From the NCBI RefSeq assembly GCF_047555085.1, contig NZ_CP180230.1, positions 390,001-422,000 of the forward strand: a DNA stretch of 32,000 bases. Reading direction: 5' to 3'. Positions 27,088 through 32,000 of the stretch are shown here, in pieces. This stretch comes from Candidatus Saccharimonadota bacterium. GTDB taxonomy: Archaea; Nanohalarchaeota; Nanosalinia; Nanosalinales; Nanosalinaceae. How positions within the stretch are numbered: position 1 is the stretch's first letter; each line of letters starts with the position of its first letter. The notes below the pieces were generated by a model, which was not told the DNA's origin, did no database searches, and saw nothing but the letters and a program-made list of their open reading frames with translations. Made by a program: the position numbers and the translations under genes.

Positions 27088-30000
27088 ACTTCGATAAAGG
27101 CCTCAAAATCCTGATTCTGGCTTTAGTATTCATTACGGCAGTCCAGTTCGGTGCTTCCCAAGGAGCAGTCTTAGACACCAGAGATGAATACTGGATTTAC
27201 TTTGAAGGCCCCGAGGCTAATGAGCAGCTTGCAATGGATTATCCTAACGTTCTAGAAGGCCGGACAAGTTATGAGGATTCGTGCTACTTCAACAACACGG
27301 TTTATAGAGAGGGAGAAGTCAAAGATATAGGGCAAAAGATTGTAACTAATGATGGAGGTGCTGTCAGCTTTGAAGCAGGAGGCTGGCATCCGGATAAAGA
27401 AGTATGTCTGAACATCGGAGGCCAAGGAGATGATGTTGCATCCGGACAGAAAAGAGAAAGTGATAACTACCGTGGCGGAGACAAAGGAGGAGAATGGTGG
27501 GATCTTGATCAATGGGAAGTCACACAGTACCTGAGAAATAACGCAGGATCAGTCCACTCAGATGCATGGAGAGATTACTGGGTTGAACAGCCTGATTCAG
27601 CTTCCTCTCAGGACTCAACAGGTATAATAGAGGGAAGCGGTATAGCCATGGAGGATGACTGTTCAACTTTCCTTGAGTGTGAAGATATCCGCAGTAATAC
27701 AGGATTCGATGATCCATTTGCAGCTAACTTTACTGAAGGAAGTCTGGACGACGACAATAATATTGATACAGATACTCCTTTTTCGATAAGAGGCCTCAAT
27801 AACTATCATAATCGTGTACAGGCAGGAAACTCGACAGGACATCCTGACGGAAGTCAGGGATCAGGAAACACCCAGGATCAGGAAACACCTATAGAAGGCC
27901 TTCAGGATGAACCTCTTCAGAACAGTCATATTGATCCTGAAGACGACGAATGGGCTATGACTCCTACACTGGGTTACGTGATTGCAAATGATGGTACTCC
28001 GCTGAGGCCTGGAAAATGCTACGGTGCTGAAAGAGTTCAGGGAGTAGATAAGAACAAGAGACAGGCCACTTACGCCAACTCTTTTGCTAATGTTTCTCAA
28101 GAGTACGATGGAGGCCTCAGCAGTCAGAGCAGATTTAATTCTCTGGGACTGGCATTTCCTGAAGACTATTCTGAGGATGGTAACTGGATCAATCCAGATA
28201 ATGATTATCGGTCTGCTACGCTTGGAGGATTCTCATGTGATCTTACAGGTAAGGACTGGGGATTCGGTTTCTCAGAGGTTAACCAGTTGAACACCGATTT
28301 TGTCTGTCGTGAAGGCGACTGTGATAAAGAGGGTGATCCATACAATCCTGATGATAGTGGTTTCAATCCAGAGAATCCTCACAGTGTTTCTGCCGAGGCG
28401 GAGGATCTGAACTTTGATTACGCTAATGATCCTACTAGTCATGAACAGGATAATCTTGAGCAGTATCCTGATGCTTGTGGGGATGATCAGAATGAATATC
28501 TGATTCGTGAACACGCTGCTACTTACGGTGGAGAGAGCAATCCAAATCTTGAAGGAAGATCTGATTACTATGCTTGCGCTGACAGGCCTACGGACTGTGT
28601 ATTCGATGGAGAGGTCTACAGTCAGGGAGAGCTTGTGGATGTGCAGGGAGAAGGAGGGAGGGAGGCAGGAGTCAACTCAATAGATCAGGAAATCTGTGTT
28701 GATCTTGATTCCTCAATCCCTGGAGGAGAATGGGTAGATCCGGACAATGAGTCCATTAGAGAGTTCCTTATAGGAGATGGGACTAGAGATAACCCGGAGT
28801 ACTATGTCCGTGATGAAGAACCGATAGAAGGCCAGCCAGGACGCGTGGTCTGGCATGATGGGGATGATACTCCGGGAGCAAGAGAAGCAAGAATTTCTCC
28901 TTACAACCCTGCCGAGTTTGAAGTAGGATATGCATTGGAGGATGATTGTGATCCAGCACTCAGAGACAGTATAAACAGCGGATGTGATGATTCAGGCCTC
29001 TACGAGGAACTGATTCAAGGCCAGTTCGTATACTCGCCATTCAAGGAAGGTATGTACGCTGATGATGCAAACGTTTTCGAAGGCTTTGCAGTAAGAACAT
29101 ACGTTGGGGATGGGACAAGTGATGGAACAAGCGCTGAACATGGGGCCTCAAATGGTCAGGATGAGGAGAATACGGATGGCGTAGTCTTCGATTCTTCTGA
29201 TGAGTGGCCTACTGCTAATCTTAATGATTCAAGTATTGATAGACTGGAGGATACATGGGCAATCTCTAATTATTCATACCATCCTGTAGGCCCTACAGGC
29301 CATATATGGGAGAATGGATCATGCTATGGAAGATCGCCTCTTGATGCTGGAAACAGTCAAGGAGAGTACATAATAACTAAGAATGAGAAGGTGATGGGTA
29401 ACTCCTTCGCAAAAGCAGTTGACTTCAATGATGACGGTACTAAGGAAGGAGTCTGGGTTGATCCTGATATAACGAACAAGACAACTTTGACAGGAGGAAC
29501 GAGCTGTGCGATCAACGGAAACGACTGGGGAATAGGTTTCAATACAGGATCAGGTCTAACGGTTACCGATAACAATACTAATCCTAGATATGAGCCAGAG
29601 GATCTTCACGCTGCTACAGGAAACATTACTTTCGATATAAATTCCGATCCTGATGGCATAGGATCAGGTAGAAATCTCCAGCAGTACCCTGAGGCCTGTG
29701 GGGATGATCAGAACGAGTATCTGATCCGTGAACACATGGATAGTAGAGATGACACGGAGCAGAAGCCAAATCTTGGCCGTAAAAACATCTATGTCTGTGC
29801 TGATCGTATATCTGACTGCGCTTTCCACGGAGAAGTATACAGCGAGGGCCAGGTAGTGGATGTTCAGTCATACGGTAGAGAGGAACGTGGTTCTAACTCT
29901 GTAGATGAGGAAGTCTGCGTTGATGTTGATGAGACTGTTCCTGGAGGAGAATGGATTGATGTGGATAACGAATCTATCAATCAGTTGCTCAAAGGGGAGG

Positions 30001-32000
30001 AAGACGACGGAGAAACTTACACTGAGGACGATCCTGATACATACAACGGACTTGTAAGAGCTAATTCAAGCTATGATGGCGATGGCGTTAAATGGTTCAC
30101 AGATAGCTACGGGCCTGCTGCTGAGGTAGAGTTAACTCCTTACAATCCACTGGATTATTCTGATGGATATGCACTGGAGGATGACTGTGGGCCTGATGTA
30201 GAGTTCTGTGAGGACTCAGGCCTTGCAAATACTCATATGGAGGGGAGGGCGGTGTATTCATACTTTGAAGAAGGTAGGCCTGAAGATGACAGAATCAATT
30301 CTCTTGTTGAGGATGGTAGCGAGGATGAAATAGTTGCTGGAGAGGTGTTCACAGGAGTTTCTGTCAGGACATGGGTGGGATATGCCAACGGTACAGCTAG
30401 TTACGAGCATGGTGCCACAAACAATCAGGATGAGGAGAATACGGAAAATACTGTGTTTGATTCATCTGATAACTGGCCTACAGAGAACTTGAATGATTCA
30501 AGTATTGATAGACTGGAGGATACATGGGCAATCGCAAATACCACTGAGAAGGCTGTAGGGCCTACAGGAAGGCCTTATCCGGAAGGAAAGTGTTATGGTC
30601 GTAGCCCGCTAAGTGTCGATGATTACCAGGTAACTAAGAATGAGAAGGTGATGGGTAACTCCTTCGCAAAAGCCGTTGATATCAATGGAGATGGCACTTC
30701 CAGGAAGAAAGGTGTCTGGGTGAATCCTGATTCCACAGTTGACTCTGCTCTTACAGGAAATCTTTCCTGTGATCTAAACGTGACTGACTGGGGATTCGGA
30801 TATAATGCAAGTACTGATGCCGATTTACAGGTTATCCGTGGAGATGCAAGAGAGTTCGGATACGACAGGGATGATCCTCATGTTGTAGTCGGAGACATAC
30901 CTTTCGATATCAACTCGGATCCTAACGGCGTAGGAGAAGACGAAAATCTTCAGCAATACCCTAACGCATGTGGCGATGACAGAAACGAGTACCTTATCCG
31001 CGAACACCGTGATACCGCCGACAGCACCGAACAGATGCCAGATCTTACAGAGGACGATATATACGGCTGTACAGACAGGATCAGTGACTGTGTATTCAAT
31101 GGTTCCATATACAGCGAGGGCCAGGTAGTAGACATACAGTCATACGGTAGAGAGGAACGTGGAACCAACTCAATAGATGAAGAAGTCTGTGTAGATGTAG
31201 ATGAAAGTATTCCTGGAGGAGAATGGTACGATGTGGATAACGAATCACTGAACCAGTATCTGAAAGGGGAACAAGGCCTCTATACAGAGGATAATCCTGA
31301 TACGTACACCGGAGTGGTAAGGGAAAACGCAAGTTACAGCGGCGATGGCGTAAAGTGGTTCACAGATAGTTATGGGCCTGCAGAAGAAGTAGAAATCTCG
31401 CCGTTCAATCCTTTGAACTATTCTGATGGATACGCTTTGGAGGATGACTGTGGGCCGTCAATCGATTACTGTGAAGACTCTGGAGTGGAGGATACTCATT
31501 TCGAGCCTGATGCTGTGTACTCGTTCTTTGAGGAAGGGCATATAGGCGATGACAGGAGGCCTAGTCCGGAAGATGATACAAAGCCGGATCCGAACAGCGA
31601 CTACTTTGAAGCTATCTCTGTAAGAATGTACGTTGGATTTGCTAACGGTACTGCGTCAGCTGAGCACGGTGCTACAAACGGTCAGGATAAGGAGAACGTG
31701 CCAGATAATCTTGATTTCAACGTTACGAAGTGGGGTAAGACTGTATCGCTAAATGATTCTACGATTGATCCGCTTGAAGACACATGGGCTCTTTCAAACA
31801 GGACTTCTGCGATCGTTGGACCTACAGGAAAGGTCTACAGTGAAGGAAAGTGCTACGGACAGAACGTACTTGATCAACCCGACTACCAGCTTACAAAGGC
31901 TCAGAAAGCTGTAGGTAACTCGTACGCCATGACTGTTGACGTAAATGGAGACGGTACATCAAAGGAGAAAGGTGTATGGGTGAATCCGGATTCAACCGTG
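27078..32000 (+). CDS. giant secreted Cys-rich repeat protein, partial (runs off the right edge), no canonical start codon ahead of its signal peptide
   Basis: Frame 3 is open from the codon after TGA 27075-27077 to the window end (more than 1640 codons); I spot-translated about 0.5 kb at the 5' end and one full repeat unit, and the repeat anchors stay in frame. KGLKILILALVFITAVQFGASQG is encoded at 27096-27164. The first in-frame ATG is at 27234. It is absent from the ORF track only because it has no stop in the window. Confidence 0.8.
27945..32000 (+). repeat. tandem coding repeats of about 1.26-1.30 kb (about 420 aa): three full units and the start of a fourth
   Basis: Phase anchors EDTWA/DEWAM at about 27945, 29245, 30515 and 31775. 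YP.ACGDD.NEYLIREH at 28464, 29684 and 30957. C.F.G.VYS.GQVVD.Q...EVCVD.D...PGGEW.D.DNES recurs in each unit. About 8 conserved Cys per unit. A half unit is also present at 27280-27540. Confidence 0.85.

Larger units (their letters stand above)
374..31562. repeat. dispersed palindromic hexamer AGGCCT, about 110 copies across the window
   Basis: Hand count of 112 sites, for example 374, 551, 710, 841, 1252, 1436, 2295, 2322, 5886, 7733, 9008, 10271, 12447, 21674, 21726, 27098 and 31557. Zero-order expectation at about 44% GC is about 6. Confidence 0.8.

Noticed and set aside
27073-27096. Possible programmed -1 frameshift fusing the 752-aa ORF to the giant ORF
   Set aside because: There is no slippery X-XXY-YYZ heptamer in GGTGATGGCTCATAA. 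A complete signal peptide begins immediately downstream, which indicates a separate exported protein rather than a fusion.
27252-31332. Series of 60-86-aa minus-strand ORFs and the 28084-28290 plus-strand ORF
   Set aside because: All lie inside the long open frame 3, whose repeat structure and conserved motifs show it is the real coding frame.
27945-32000. Regularly spaced repeats considered as a CRISPR array or mobile-element repeats
   Set aside because: The period is about 1.27 kb, the units are diverged, in frame and protein-coding with conserved Cys and motifs, and there are no short direct repeats with unique spacers.
1-32000. Search by eye for tRNA, rRNA, SRP RNA, RNase P RNA, integrases, transposases and defence genes
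   Set aside because: No spacer exceeds about 136 nt, none shows a tRNA-like cloverleaf or a long structured GC-rich segment, and no ORF carries recombinase, nuclease-helicase or Cas-like motifs that I can recognise. Absence by eye is not proof.

Overview
Compact (about 93% coding), moderately low-GC (about 44% by eye) archaeal chromosome segment. Almost every predicted protein is strongly acidic (D/E-rich), which fits a salt-in halophile. Short housekeeping proteins (FtsY 297 aa, SRP54 430 aa) and low GC suggest a small-genome halophilic archaeon such as a nanohaloarchaeon, but I cannot verify that without a search. Bases 1-14950 are mostly conserved information-processing genes in classic archaeal order: LX / prefoldin alpha / FtsY; SRP54; Pus10 / L21e / RpoF / DUF655 / KsgA; PyrG / HemK-like. 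These are interrupted by small accessory genes, including two tandem LamG lectin-like paralogs and an AT-rich orphan. Bases 14983-19733 encode a 1227-aa anchored surface protein with two small membrane or secreted partners. Bases 21721 to beyond 32000 form an island of large, acidic, Cys-rich secreted proteins plus a Tat lipoprotein. The island ends in a giant ORF (more than 1640 aa in the window, running off the right edge) built from tandem units of about 420 aa. The strongest non-genic signal is the palindromic hexamer AGGCCT. I hand-counted about 110 copies, against roughly 6 expected from base composition. Copies fall in all reading frames, in genes on both strands and in spacers, and are thinner in the accessory and secreted genes. 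No rRNA, tRNA, CRISPR array or recognisable mobile element was seen by eye.
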